From positions 683,685 through 747,684 of the forward strand of contig JAHQJS010000007.1 of NCBI GenBank assembly GCA_019057385.1: DNA of 64,000 nucleotides, in the 5' to 3' direction. Position numbers and translations under genes: made by a program. This DNA is from Candidatus Borrarchaeum weybense. GTDB lineage: Archaea > Asgardarchaeota > Sifarchaeia > Borrarchaeales > Borrarchaeaceae. Position 1 is the first letter of the stretch, and every line of letters begins with the position of its first letter. The notes below the pieces were generated by a model, which had not been told where the DNA came from, ran no database searches, and worked only from the letters and a program-made list of their open reading frames with translations. Of this stretch, positions 1 through 10,637 are shown piece by piece.

Positions 1-195
1 CCTTGAAGATAAACTTGAAAATTGTTTGGATATTTATGATAAAATAAATATCCAAAGTAATAGTTGCGTGAAATTCTGGTTTCATGTAACTCATTTATAA
101 ATAAACAGTTGATGAGTAATACTCAAAATTCAAAATATAGAGTTTTAGGAAGGGTAACTTTAGGGTATCTTGCCCAAATTTTGGAGGAGGAGACT

Positions 196-1176
196 GTGGC
201 TAAGGAATTGGTGATACCTTGGGAATTCAAATATAAATGGACCATGGGAGGTTGGACAACCTGGCTCAAAGCATACCATTATGCTATCCGCGAGAAATAT
301 GGTCCAGAAGCAGCACTTGAAATCTATGAAAGAACTTGCAAAATGGATGATAGAATAAAGAATATGACGGAAACAGTTCTAAAGGTCTTTAAACTGGAGG
401 GAAACGATGCTGAAACAATAGGGACGTGGTGGAACATCTGGCATGAACTCACGGGGACGAGAGGTACTATAATTGAGTGGTCTAAAACAGCCTATAGATT
501 TAAAGTCACTAAGTGTCCGACTAAAACAGAGACCAAAGATATCAGCGGTTGGTCGATAATACGTGCAAATCATATTACTAACGCCATAAATCCAAAAGCT
601 GTCTTTGAACGACCTAAAGCAATGTGTGCAGGAGATTCATATTGCGAATATGTTTGGAAAATAGAAGAAAGTACCCCGATTAAGGGCGCTGAGGAGATTA
701 TGGCTAAGAAAGTAGTGATACCTTGGGAACTAAAATACAAATTTGCTATGGGAGGTTGGGCATCCTACCTAAAAGCCTATCATTATGCTATCCGCGAGAA
801 ATATGGTCCAAAAGCAGCACTTGAAATGTATGAAAGAATTAGCACTATGGATGACAGAGTAAAGAATGGTACAAAAACACTTCAACAGATCTTCAATCTA
901 GAGGGAAACGATATTGAAACTATTAGGAAATGGTGGGAAATCTGGGCTGAACTTGTTGGGCAGGAAATTATTATACTTGAGCGGTCTAAAACCATCAATA
1001 GAACTAAATACACTAAGTGTCCGTACAAAACAGAGCCCAAAGATATCAGCGATTGGTGCACAATATTCGGTAATATTGTTAATAAGACCATAAATCCAAA
1101 GGCTACCACTGAACGACCTAAAGGGATGTGTGCTGGAGATCCTTATTGTGAATTCATTTGGAAAATAGAAGAGTGA
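196..1176 (+). CDS. Tandem-duplicated V4R / L-2-amino-thiazoline-4-carboxylate hydrolase-like protein (two ~155 aa copies fused)
   Basis: Two similar halves (VIPWE..KCP..KD..RPK.MCAGD.YCE..W). GGAGGAGG precedes GTG at 196, a likelier start than TTG at 64. Confidence 0.75.
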   Translation: MAKELVIPWEFKYKWTMGGWTTWLKAYHYAIREKYGPEAALEIYERTCKMDDRIKNMTETVLKVFKLEGNDAETIGTWWNIWHELTGTRGTIIEWSKTAYRFKVTKCPTKTETKDISGWSIIRANHITNAINPKAVFERPKAMCAGDSYCEYVWKIEESTPIKGAEEIMAKKVVIPWELKYKFAMGGWASYLKAYHYAIREKYGPKAALEMYERISTMDDRVKNGTKTLQQIFNLEGNDIETIRKWWEIWAELVGQEIIILERSKTINRTKYTKCPYKTEPKDISDWCTIFGNIVNKTINPKATTERPKGMCAGDPYCEFIWKIEE

Positions 1177-1257
1177 ACCTTGTCTTCAAAATTCTTCACT
1201 TCGAGTTAAATTCTCACTCTATTCATTTAAAAAACAAAGGACTGGAAATAATCTATT

Positions 1258-2070
1258 TTAAAACATAACAAATCGACTTAGTCTTTCTAATTTTTGATAG
1301 AAGGGTTCTCGTTCTTTTAATCTGATAATTTGAGCATATTTATCAGAAAGAGCGACAGACAAACTATCTCCTGCCTTTATTTCAAGATGTACCATATGAT
1401 CGTACTCTAAATAGCCCCTATTTTTTGTTATTTTTACAAAAAACCTATCACTTGTAACTATCGGTGGTACACGAGCTGAGATGGGGGATATTACCATTAC
1501 GTCTCCTTTGTGTATGATAGGACCATAAACATTGAAGTTATATGCAGTAGATCCCACTGGTGTTGCGAAAATTAATCCATCAGCTTTTACATCGCGAGGA
1601 TAGAATCTTTCAGTTGTACCTTCGTTCTTTACATAGAGACCGAAATGTATGCTGGAGGGACTATCTCCCCTAAAGAGTCGAACTTCATTCAGAGCGTGAT
1701 ATGTTTCGCCTTTAAATTCAAATCCTATTTTTCGATATTCTTCGATGGTATGATCTTGAAGAAGTTGTTCTAATGCGATATCCAAGTCCTGCACTCTAAA
1801 ATCAGCGTAAAATCCTAAACTTTTTTCTGATCTCCCTCCAATTGGAAGAACAGGTCCATCGAATTCATTCACCGCTTTTAGAAGTGTACCATCACCACCA
1901 ACTGAGATACAAATATCAGCATTTGTATCCACTACATCAAATAGCTGATACACTTTCTCTAATTCTGGATAATTCTGTTTAATCACTAGTTTTACTTTTT
2001 TTATATCTTCGAGACGCTGCATGTCGTCTATAACAGGGGGAGCCACTCTTCTTGAAGAGTGGTAGTTCAT
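1258..2070 (-). CDS. nadK: NAD(+) kinase
   Basis: GGDGT, LNE and ADG..ATPVGSTAY motifs; GAGGTGA RBS. Confidence 0.9.
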   Translation of the reverse strand: MNYHSSRRVAPPVIDDMQRLEDIKKVKLVIKQNYPELEKVYQLFDVVDTNADICISVGGDGTLLKAVNEFDGPVLPIGGRSEKSLGFYADFRVQDLDIALEQLLQDHTIEEYRKIGFEFKGETYHALNEVRLFRGDSPSSIHFGLYVKNEGTTERFYPRDVKADGLIFATPVGSTAYNFNVYGPIIHKGDVMVISPISARVPPIVTSDRFFVKITKNRGYLEYDHMVHLEIKAGDSLSVALSDKYAQIIRLKEREPFYQKLERLSRFVMF

Positions 2071-2121
2071 AGAATCACCTCAAGAAATCCACTCACCTAA
2101 GTTATGGACGGTTCACCCTAT

Positions 2122-3063
2122 TTAATCATCCTCTTCATAATCTTTCCAATACTTTTCACCATAAAAGGATTCTGCTTTTGGAACGACCATTTCAACAACA
2201 TAATAATGGTCAGCCTTTCTAAATATATCGTTAAAGAAGTCTACATAGGGACTTTTGCAGTATGGACAAAGGCAGTTTGCCAAATACTTGAATTGACCTC
2301 CACAAGTACATGGAACGAAGTGATCTTCAATTAGCTGATAATTCTCAAGATTGAGCTGAATATCATAATCTGAAAAATCATAGGGTTGACTGAAAGGTGA
2401 AATTCGCTTCGCAGATAACTTATCTAACAATCTATCATACTTTTGATCGAATAAGGACACAGCCAGATAATTAGTACAGCGATCACAGTAGTAATAATCG
2501 ACATCTGAAAAGCCGACATGAAACATCCGAAACATGAAGAATTTGCCACAGAAATCACATGAACTGATAAATCGATTGTTTCCTGGTGTTACCCTTCCCG
2601 ATGTCACAAAACCACGTTCAAAAACTGTAGCACCTTTCTCTACCTCTATGACGTGATCATTCTTTTCAGAGGGTATCTGGAAGTGATCAAATCGATACAT
2701 GATTGTTGAGTATTCAACTTCCTGGTTTAATTCACCTTCTATAATAGTTAGGAATAAGATCCGATATAGATTGATATCAAGATAAATGCTTAAGGTTTTG
2801 CCAGCTAAATCATCCATATTTTGGAGGAAAAACTCATATCGCTTGATTAGCACTTCTTTTCCTAATTCATGGGTCATAAAATCGAGATAAAGTCTCTTTT
2901 CCTGATAATCTTCGTCAACAGTATATTGGATCGCTTCTGAAATACTTAAAGGAGTATTACTTGCAAACGCGCAAACAATTTTATTATTTATTTTTAGTGA
3001 AATTGTTTTATCCAAAACTTCATTTTCTTCTATCGAATTTAATTCATCTTGCATTTGCATCAC
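2122..3063 (-). CDS. Hypothetical protein with C-terminal multi-Cys (Zn-binding) region
   Basis: 313 aa ORF with CDFC, CDRC, CTC and CPYC; AGGTGA RBS. Confidence 0.7.
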   Translation of the reverse strand: MMQMQDELNSIEENEVLDKTISLKINNKIVCAFASNTPLSISEAIQYTVDEDYQEKRLYLDFMTHELGKEVLIKRYEFFLQNMDDLAGKTLSIYLDINLYRILFLTIIEGELNQEVEYSTIMYRFDHFQIPSEKNDHVIEVEKGATVFERGFVTSGRVTPGNNRFISSCDFCGKFFMFRMFHVGFSDVDYYYCDRCTNYLAVSLFDQKYDRLLDKLSAKRISPFSQPYDFSDYDIQLNLENYQLIEDHFVPCTCGGQFKYLANCLCPYCKSPYVDFFNDIFRKADHYYVVEMVVPKAESFYGEKYWKDYEEDD

Positions 3064-3217
3064 CTAAAAATACTATACTTGTACATATTAATCTGGGCTT
3101 TCATTTAGGTGATTTTTGCAACCTCAGAAAAATCTCAGGCGTTTTTTGCCTAATTTCTACTTTTCTTACTAGATTTGAAAAACTCAAATTCCAAAAAAAA
3201 TAGACTTTCATACCTTA

Positions 3218-3646
3218 TTATTCATCGTAAGGTTTTCTTAAAGAAATCAAATATCTACGGATCTTTGTAGCGATTCTTTCCATCGTATCTAGAGCCACAC
3301 CAAGCATATAAGTACGAATTCTGACTTGACGTTCTTGTTTCGGTTTTGGAATGTAACAACAAAGCATTATTTCATCAATAATATCCCGGATAAGCACCGT
3401 TCCTTTGCTACTTTCAATTATTGAGGTTTGATGATAACCTGCATGTAGTTCTTCTATTGCTTTATTCGCTGTCGCATGAATAACAGCAGCTAGAGGAGTA
3501 AGTAGATCGATATCAGGTGCCTTTTCCGCATTGATTGAATATGCTATAGCAAATCCCTCTTTGGTGCATAAAACACTGATTGCAATTTCAGAGGATTCAT
3601 CTATTTCTGAAAGAACTTGCATAAGAGCTTTATCTCGAACAAGCAA
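3218..3646 (-). CDS. Roadblock/LC7 domain protein
   Basis: SVLCTKEGFAIA, helix LAAVIHATANKAIEEL and IIESSKGTVLI fit the roadblock pattern. Confidence 0.85.
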   Translation of the reverse strand: MLVRDKALMQVLSEIDESSEIAISVLCTKEGFAIAYSINAEKAPDIDLLTPLAAVIHATANKAIEELHAGYHQTSIIESSKGTVLIRDIIDEIMLCCYIPKPKQERQVRIRTYMLGVALDTMERIATKIRRYLISLRKPYDE

Positions 3647-3831
3647 AATAGCATCAACACCAGTGTTGCAATAAACTGAAATCTTATACTTGGTTGCTCG
3701 TTATCAAATCTTTCCAATGATGTTTCATAAATTTTGTGAATAAATGGTACGGCAAAATAGCTTTATTGCTAACAAAGTTTTATAAACGGGATTGTTGAGA
3801 TAGCGAATTGTCACATTCGGAGGTAGAAAAA

Positions 3832-4080
3832 ATGACGATAAATGTACTAAAATTAGCAAGAAGATCACGAAAAGGATCTGAGTTTCGACATGGGAGAGGA
3901 AAAGAAACTATTTCCCCTAAAAGGGATATCAGGGCGATATTACAGCTAATCTTATCAATTGTAGTTTTCTTTGTGAGTCTTTACATCATTTTTATTGGAT
4001 CGTTCTCGGATAATGCAGAAAAACTGGCGTTCAGTATGCTTGGTGCAGTTATTGCCTTCTGGCTGACACCAGTCGGCTAA
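3832..4080 (+). CDS. Small two-TM membrane protein
   Basis: GGAGGT RBS before ATG 3832; basic N-terminus followed by two hydrophobic helices. Confidence 0.6.
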   Translation: MTINVLKLARRSRKGSEFRHGRGKETISPKRDIRAILQLILSIVVFFVSLYIIFIGSFSDNAEKLAFSMLGAVIAFWLTPVG

Positions 4081-4082
4081 CT

Positions 4083-5498
4083 TCAATCTATTTTAAGCAA
4101 TCGCTTAGTTTCGTTAATTTTTTTTCTTAATTGGGGTGTAATTTCCTGTTCTTTTTTGATAACACGAAGTAAGTTTTTAATGTTCTCTACTTGTTGAGTC
4201 TGACCTGTCTGGATGTCTAGTCCTGTATAAAGTTCATAAGATTTTTTAAAACAGTCTAAAGACTTATTATAATCACCTAATTCCTGAGTTAGTAGACCTA
4301 TATCCTGCAAATCTTGCGCTTGATGTTTTTTATCATTGGTTTCTAAATCAATTTTATAGACTTCTTGAAAAATTCCTAGTGCCTTTGATAAGTCGCCATT
4401 CTTTTTGTACAACAAACCTAGATTCGCGAGACCATCTGATAGTTTTGATATATCGTTTAGTTCTTTAAATAATTTAGTAGCTTCGTGAAATTCGAAAATA
4501 GCTTCGTTAACTTTATTTAATCGAAAATAAAGAAACCCTGAATTATGAGATGTTTCAGCCATACCAGGTCTATGATCAATCTGAGAATATATCTCATGTG
4601 CATCTTGATTATATTTCAAGGATTCTGCCCAGTCCCCTTGATTTTTAAAAATCAATCCTAAATAACGTAAGGCATATGCCTGTCCTGTAAGACTATTTAT
4701 TTCTTTGTATATTTCAAGTGCTTTTTTAAAATGTTCCGTTGCATTATTGTAATCCCTCTCGTTTAAGCAAGAGATACCTAAGTGAATTGCTTCATTAGCA
4801 ATCTTGCCCTTACCAGCAGATTCTACACCTATTTCCGCAATTTCTTTATCGACCTCTAGCTGTCGAAGACGAGATTGAATCCGCTCATTACTTGGATTAA
4901 TTTCCAAAGCTTTCTTTATGCAATCTATTGCTTCTCGGTAAGAAGTTAGGTTTTCATAACAAATACTCATATTATGATATGCGTCAAAGTCCTGTGGATT
5001 GATGCTAATTGCCCTCTCATACGCTTTTATTGCGTTTTCAAACTGATTCAGGTATCTATACGCATTACCAAGGTCAAACCAAGCGTCTCCGTCCTCTTGA
5101 TCAATATTGATTGCCTCTTTATAGCATTGTAATGATTTTTTAAAAAGATCAACTCTTCTATCCTCTTCTCTTGTCCAATGTGCTAATCGTTCAGCACAAT
5201 ACCCACAATGAATCCATGCCACTTTATGTAATGGATCAAGTTTTGTCACTTCTTTAAAGGCTTGAATAGCATCTTTATAAAAATCTTGTCTTGCCATTAT
5301 ACCTGGTGGGTTGTCTCCTAATTTTTCTTTGGCAGCACCAAGATAAAACCAACCATTAACATAACTACCGTCTATCTTAATAGCTTTTTCAAAGCAATCT
5401 ACTGCCTCCAGATAGTCAAATGAATTTCCTGTACTAGCTTTATCAAATCCTATTTTTGCCCACTCAGCTGCTGTTTTTCCATCAATTTTTTCTGTGAT
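4083..5498 (-). CDS. Tetratricopeptide repeat protein (probable ATC start, 67 codons upstream of the ORF-track ATG)
   Basis: Many TPRs. The frame stays open upstream of 5297 with another TPR (YLEAVDCFEKAIKIDGSYVNGWFYLG) up to ATC at 5498, 6 nt after GGTGGGTGA. Confidence 0.85.
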   Translation of the reverse strand: MTEKIDGKTAAEWAKIGFDKASTGNSFDYLEAVDCFEKAIKIDGSYVNGWFYLGAAKEKLGDNPPGIMARQDFYKDAIQAFKEVTKLDPLHKVAWIHCGYCAERLAHWTREEDRRVDLFKKSLQCYKEAINIDQEDGDAWFDLGNAYRYLNQFENAIKAYERAISINPQDFDAYHNMSICYENLTSYREAIDCIKKALEINPSNERIQSRLRQLEVDKEIAEIGVESAGKGKIANEAIHLGISCLNERDYNNATEHFKKALEIYKEINSLTGQAYALRYLGLIFKNQGDWAESLKYNQDAHEIYSQIDHRPGMAETSHNSGFLYFRLNKVNEAIFEFHEATKLFKELNDISKLSDGLANLGLLYKKNGDLSKALGIFQEVYKIDLETNDKKHQAQDLQDIGLLTQELGDYNKSLDCFKKSYELYTGLDIQTGQTQQVENIKNLLRVIKKEQEITPQLRKKINETKRLLKID

Positions 5499-5689
5499 TT
5501 TGATTCACCCACCTTACTTTTTCCTATTCTGTTTTGATACGTTTTTAGGCTAAATGAAAATATCGAGCAAAGAACAAATAATAATAGAAGGAGAACTCGA
5601 ATATAAAGTAATAACGTTCGTTGGACCAAAAAAACTATTTCTGTTCCTTATTATTGAGTTCGAAAGTTCGATGAAAATTTAGTTTCAAT

Positions 5690-8600
5690 TTAATTTGTTT
5701 TAGGAAGAATCACGTGAAATGTACTTCCCTCTCCAACCTTACTTTCTACCCATATACTGCCACCATGCAATTTCACATATTCTTTTGAAATCGCAAGCCC
5801 TAATCCAGTGCGTGCGAATTCAGATTGAAAACGAGAAGATTCAGAGAAATCAGTTACATGGAAAGGTTGGAAAATCTTTTCAAACTCATTTTCTGGAATG
5901 CCAATTCCAGTATCTTTCACAGAAACATGGAGATTGAATTCTTCTTCTAGAATCTTAACTTCAATCATACCGCCATCAGGCGTATACTTTATAGCATTTG
6001 AAAGTAAATTTGTGAATACACTCCGGATCATGTCTTCATCGATTTGGATCTGAGGTAATTGATTTGGAGAATGAAGTTCAAGTTTATGACCATGAATTTT
6101 TGCAATTGGTAAGACTTCATTAATAACCTGACCGATGATTGTGTCAAGTGAGCCTGATTCCTGCTTTATTTTTCTTGTACCTGCTTCGAGCCGTGTATAA
6201 TCAAGAAGGTTATTAATAAGAGCCGCCAATCTATCTGCATTACGTGTTATAATCTTTATCTTATCGTGGACTTCATTAGGCAGTTCCCAATATCCATGTT
6301 CACTTTTTATTTTAAGAAGCTCTACATGTGCTTTCATCGCGCTTAAAGGGGTTCGAAGTTCATGTGCTGCTAAATTAATGAACTGAGATTTTATTTTTTC
6401 CACTTTCTTCTTTTCAGTGATATCACGAACAATACCCCACATTCCCGTTGCTTTACCTTCTTGGTCTTTTATGACCCAGCTCCTTGTTGAGACCGGGAAG
6501 ATTTTTCCATCATTCCTAATCCCTTCTGCTTCAAATTCATCTGAATAGCCTCGTTGAATTATTTGATTTGTAATAATCTTTGAAATCTTAGCATTCCATT
6601 TTTTAGGTGTGAGTTCAAAGAAGTTCATTTTATTGAGATCTTGCTTAGTGTATCCAATCATATCTACTAAAGCTTGATTACAGTCTATAATGTTTCCTTC
6701 TAGGTCAATGGAAACGATGCCATCTATTGAAGATTCATACAAACCTCTATAGCGCTCCTTTGAGTCCTTGAGATCTGAGGTCCTCTGTTCAACTATTCGT
6801 TCAAGATTTTCTGTATATTCCTTAATCTTTTCCTCTGCTTGCTTCTGAGCAGTAATATCTCGAATAATACCCCAAATTCCAATTATTTCGCCTTCCTGAT
6901 TTTTTATGGGCCATCCTCTGATAGCAACTGGGACAGTTGTCCCATCTTTTTGGATATATTCTTTTTCGAATTCTTCTGCATAGCCTAATTCAAGTAATTG
7001 GCGATGATTTTCTTTACTGGCCTTATACCATCTTTTAGGCGTGATGTTGAAGATGTTAATGTCACGTAGTTCTTCCTTGCGATAACCGAGCATTTCTGCA
7101 AATGCCTGATTGCATTCAATTATATGTCCTTCTGAGTCCAATGAGACTATACCATCAATAGATGAGTCATATAGTCCACGATAACGCTCTTCTGAATCTT
7201 TTAGAGCATTTTCTAGTTCTTTTCGTCCTGTGATATCCTTAATAGTTTCTACAACTGCTACTACGTTTCCTTCAGCGTCTTTCATTGGAGAACTTGTAAC
7301 CAAAGTATTCATCCAACTTCCGTCTAAGCGTCTGACTGTTTGTTCCGAAGCAAATCTTTGTCCTTCAGTAAACACTGTTTCGACGGTACATTCAGGGCAT
7401 GGTTTATCAAAACCTTTATACGTTTTATAGCATTTTTTACCTATGACGTCTCCCCATATATCTTGTGTAGATTCATTTGCCCAGATTATGTCTAATTCCT
7501 CATTTTGGATCGTGATAAGATCTCCTATACCCGCTAAAATTGCTTTTTGTTTTTCTTCAGAGTCACTTAAGGCTTTTGTCCTTTCCTCGACAAGATTTTC
7601 GAGGTTTTCTGTATAATCTTTAAGTTGCTTTTCCAAATTCTTTAATTCAGTTATATCCTTAGCGACCTCTACAACCGCAAAAATATTTCCCTCAGCATTT
7701 CGTACAGGAGAACTGGTAACTAAAACGTTGCTAATTGTTCCATTTGTATTCATATGAGATTGCTCTGTTACTACTGTTTTCCCTTCATTGAATACTGCTT
7801 CAACAGTACATTCGGGGCAAGGTTTAGTTAAGCCCTTATATGCCCTATAACACTTTCTTCCAACAATATCTCCATAACGATCTCTCACTGCTTGATTTAT
7901 CCAGATGACGTCCAAATCTTTGTTATGAATTCCAACAAGATCTCCTATTCCAGTTAATATTGCTGTTAATCTTTCTTCTGATTCTTTAAAGGCCTTTGTT
8001 CTTTCTTCGACGAGTTTTTCAAGGTTTTCAGTATAGCTTGTTATTTTTTTCTCCATCTGTTTACGTTCTGTTATATCTCTTCCAATAAGAATAATCCCTG
8101 CTAAATTATCCTCGTTGTCTTGCATTATTGATGACGAGAATGAAATAGGGATAAGATATCCATTCTTCGTTTTAATGTTCATCTCAACATCGTTGACATT
8201 TCCTGCTTTTATTAGATTATCAAATACACAACCTACGGAACCTGGATTATCATTTTTATTAATCAAAATGTTCTCTAAAGGCATCTGAATCATTTCATGT
8301 TCTTTATATTCAAGAAGTTGTAACGAAGCTAGATTAGCTGAAATTATTTTTCCTTCTGGACTAACCAAAAAAAGGGCATCAGACATGGTAGCAATAACAC
8401 TGTCTGCTGCTGTTGATGGTGATAGAATGAACAACTCATGTCTTAGAATTGCATACCCAATGAAAAAACTTCCTAGGACTGCTGAAGATGCGGTAAATTC
8501 TGGAATTCTTATTTGAATTGAAGGTAATAACCATTCAGTAACAATACCAAGAAGTACTGGAAAAGAAATTCCAATCGATACATACTTTGCTTGTTTTTTC

Positions 8601-9115
8601 TTTCTTAGATCAATTGATTTCATGTAATATTGTAGGCAAAGACAAAAAGCAAAAATGCCTAATCCTGCACCCCATGTCCTTGAAACAATGAATAACAGAA
8701 AATTTTCAGGAATATCATAGGTCCAGCCCCAATATGTCCATATTGGTTCTCCCGAGAATGCTGTCAAGTCAAGATAAACAATAATCAAAGCTGGAGCATA
8801 CATTAGTGGGTATGTAAGTTTATTTCTAAGTATTTTTACGTGTTCAGTAAAAACAAGTACAAAATGAAGCAAGAAAACTATCGTGAGAGGCCATAAACTG
8901 TTCATTTTTAACCAAAAAGCTGCAATATGAAATTCTGTTGCACTTCGATAACCAAATTCTGTCATTGCCCAGTAGGCTTGAGAAAGACAGAAGATCATGA
9001 AAAGTCTGTTAATCCAGTTCTTTGAATCTTTTGACAATACAAAACTCCCTAAAAAGATTGACACAACGGCACTTAGTAGAGAGAATAGAGCGAACTCGTT
9101 CATTGTCAGACTCAC
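5690..9115 (-). CDS. 7TM (HisKA_7TM-like) multi-PAS sensor histidine kinase
   Basis: N-terminal TM helices; about five PAS/PAC domains (RDITERK-type ends); H-box AHELRTPL; N-box NLLSNAIKY; G boxes DTGIGI and TGLGL. Confidence 0.95.
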   Translation of the reverse strand: MSLTMNEFALFSLLSAVVSIFLGSFVLSKDSKNWINRLFMIFCLSQAYWAMTEFGYRSATEFHIAAFWLKMNSLWPLTIVFLLHFVLVFTEHVKILRNKLTYPLMYAPALIIVYLDLTAFSGEPIWTYWGWTYDIPENFLLFIVSRTWGAGLGIFAFCLCLQYYMKSIDLRKKKQAKYVSIGISFPVLLGIVTEWLLPSIQIRIPEFTASSAVLGSFFIGYAILRHELFILSPSTAADSVIATMSDALFLVSPEGKIISANLASLQLLEYKEHEMIQMPLENILINKNDNPGSVGCVFDNLIKAGNVNDVEMNIKTKNGYLIPISFSSSIMQDNEDNLAGIILIGRDITERKQMEKKITSYTENLEKLVEERTKAFKESEERLTAILTGIGDLVGIHNKDLDVIWINQAVRDRYGDIVGRKCYRAYKGLTKPCPECTVEAVFNEGKTVVTEQSHMNTNGTISNVLVTSSPVRNAEGNIFAVVEVAKDITELKNLEKQLKDYTENLENLVEERTKALSDSEEKQKAILAGIGDLITIQNEELDIIWANESTQDIWGDVIGKKCYKTYKGFDKPCPECTVETVFTEGQRFASEQTVRRLDGSWMNTLVTSSPMKDAEGNVVAVVETIKDITGRKELENALKDSEERYRGLYDSSIDGIVSLDSEGHIIECNQAFAEMLGYRKEELRDINIFNITPKRWYKASKENHRQLLELGYAEEFEKEYIQKDGTTVPVAIRGWPIKNQEGEIIGIWGIIRDITAQKQAEEKIKEYTENLERIVEQRTSDLKDSKERYRGLYESSIDGIVSIDLEGNIIDCNQALVDMIGYTKQDLNKMNFFELTPKKWNAKISKIITNQIIQRGYSDEFEAEGIRNDGKIFPVSTRSWVIKDQEGKATGMWGIVRDITEKKKVEKIKSQFINLAAHELRTPLSAMKAHVELLKIKSEHGYWELPNEVHDKIKIITRNADRLAALINNLLDYTRLEAGTRKIKQESGSLDTIIGQVINEVLPIAKIHGHKLELHSPNQLPQIQIDEDMIRSVFTNLLSNAIKYTPDGGMIEVKILEEEFNLHVSVKDTGIGIPENEFEKIFQPFHVTDFSESSRFQSEFARTGLGLAISKEYVKLHGGSIWVESKVGEGSTFHVILPKTN

Positions 9116-9384
9116 ACCATCTTTTTAAAGACCCCGAAACAATAGAAGGTTTATGAGAACTAAATTGCTTTTGAGTTATTACACCTCATTTACATTCACT
9201 ATAAAATGACTCTCAATAATTTAATATAAAGTTTCTGACAAGTTAATCGCACATTTAGAGCGCGCCTTTTTACTAAAAAGGTTTTTCAAAACACTTTTTG
9301 ATGATTACATGATTTTAAATACTAAAACAAAGGAAGACTGCTTAAGATACTATTTCGCTCTATTAAGTATTCGAGGACAAAATT

Positions 9385-10524
9385 ATGCAGAATAATCGAA
9401 TTTTCAAGATACTTCAAGAATTAGTAAAGATTCCTTCCCAATACGGTAATGAACAAAAGATTAGTTCGTGGATTTTTGATTTTCTTGCAGATCTAGGTTA
9501 TGAACCATACAAAGTTGAAGTTCCGGATAGTGGACCTGATGTCATTGCGGAATTCCATGTAGATTCAAACAAACCGTGGATTCTCTTGAATTCACATTCG
9601 GATACAGTTGAGGAAATGCGCGGTTGGACTCGGGATCCATATGGAGAAATTGTTGGTGAAAAATTCTATGGTATCGGCGCTTGTGATATGAAATCTGGTT
9701 TAGCTGTCCAACTTGGAATTATGGAAGGCTTACTTAAAGGAGAATTCAAACCTAACCTTAATGTTTTGTTTACGGCGGTTACTGATGAAGAACTTTGGTC
9801 ACGGGGTACTATTACTCTAATTGATAAAAATATCATTTCGCCCGACAAAGTCGCTTATGCAATTGTTGGCGAACCCCATTATTTAGGAAATTTTCTTGTT
9901 GGGAGGCGTGGAAGACTTATTTTGGATATTGTTGTACATGGAAAAGCTGCTCACGGTGCAACTCCAAAGAGAGGAGTCAATGCAATAAATGAGGTTGCTC
10001 GTATCGTTCAAAGTTTAGAAGCTCTAGATGTGGGATGGTTCCCTCAATTCAATATTGAAGGTAGTCAATGCTTCTTAGCTATTAATGGTGGTGTTAATAG
10101 TCTATCAGTACCGGAAACAGTCAAACTAGTATTAGACCGTCATTATCTTCCTATAGAAACTTCTGAAATGGTATTGGACGCAGTTCTTGACATTATTCAC
10201 AATACTGAATTAGATCCAGAGACAAAAGTTGAAGTAAGTATACACCCACGCCCTACACGTCAACCATTACCCTTTTATACTCCGCTAGATAATCCATTAG
10301 TACAAATAACTGCAGAAGAAGTCAAATTACAAACAGATATTGAACCTCGGTTTTTATTAGGTAGAACTGTGGCTGATAGCAATTTCGTTGGAATGTTGGG
10401 GATTCCTACTATTGATTTAGGGCCGTCAGGGAAAAAATCACATTCGGCTGATGAATGGTGCGATATCCCCTCGCTTGAAAAGATTTACAAGGTATATAAG
10501 GGCGTGCTATCAAAACTGCATTAA
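9385..10524 (+). CDS. M20 family metallopeptidase/deacylase (ArgE/DapE-like)
   Basis: HSDTV, GACDMK, DEE, GEP, GKAAHG and H..DE motifs. Confidence 0.9.
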   Translation: MQNNRIFKILQELVKIPSQYGNEQKISSWIFDFLADLGYEPYKVEVPDSGPDVIAEFHVDSNKPWILLNSHSDTVEEMRGWTRDPYGEIVGEKFYGIGACDMKSGLAVQLGIMEGLLKGEFKPNLNVLFTAVTDEELWSRGTITLIDKNIISPDKVAYAIVGEPHYLGNFLVGRRGRLILDIVVHGKAAHGATPKRGVNAINEVARIVQSLEALDVGWFPQFNIEGSQCFLAINGGVNSLSVPETVKLVLDRHYLPIETSEMVLDAVLDIIHNTELDPETKVEVSIHPRPTRQPLPFYTPLDNPLVQITAEEVKLQTDIEPRFLLGRTVADSNFVGMLGIPTIDLGPSGKKSHSADEWCDIPSLEKIYKVYKGVLSKLH

Positions 10525-10637
10525 AACTACTGACATATCTTGTCTTTAACCTCACCTATTCCAAATTCTGAGGCGTAGAACTATTAATGATGACTAGAAT
10601 GCCTAAATTATGAAAAAAAGAGAAAGTGACTGTTTAT

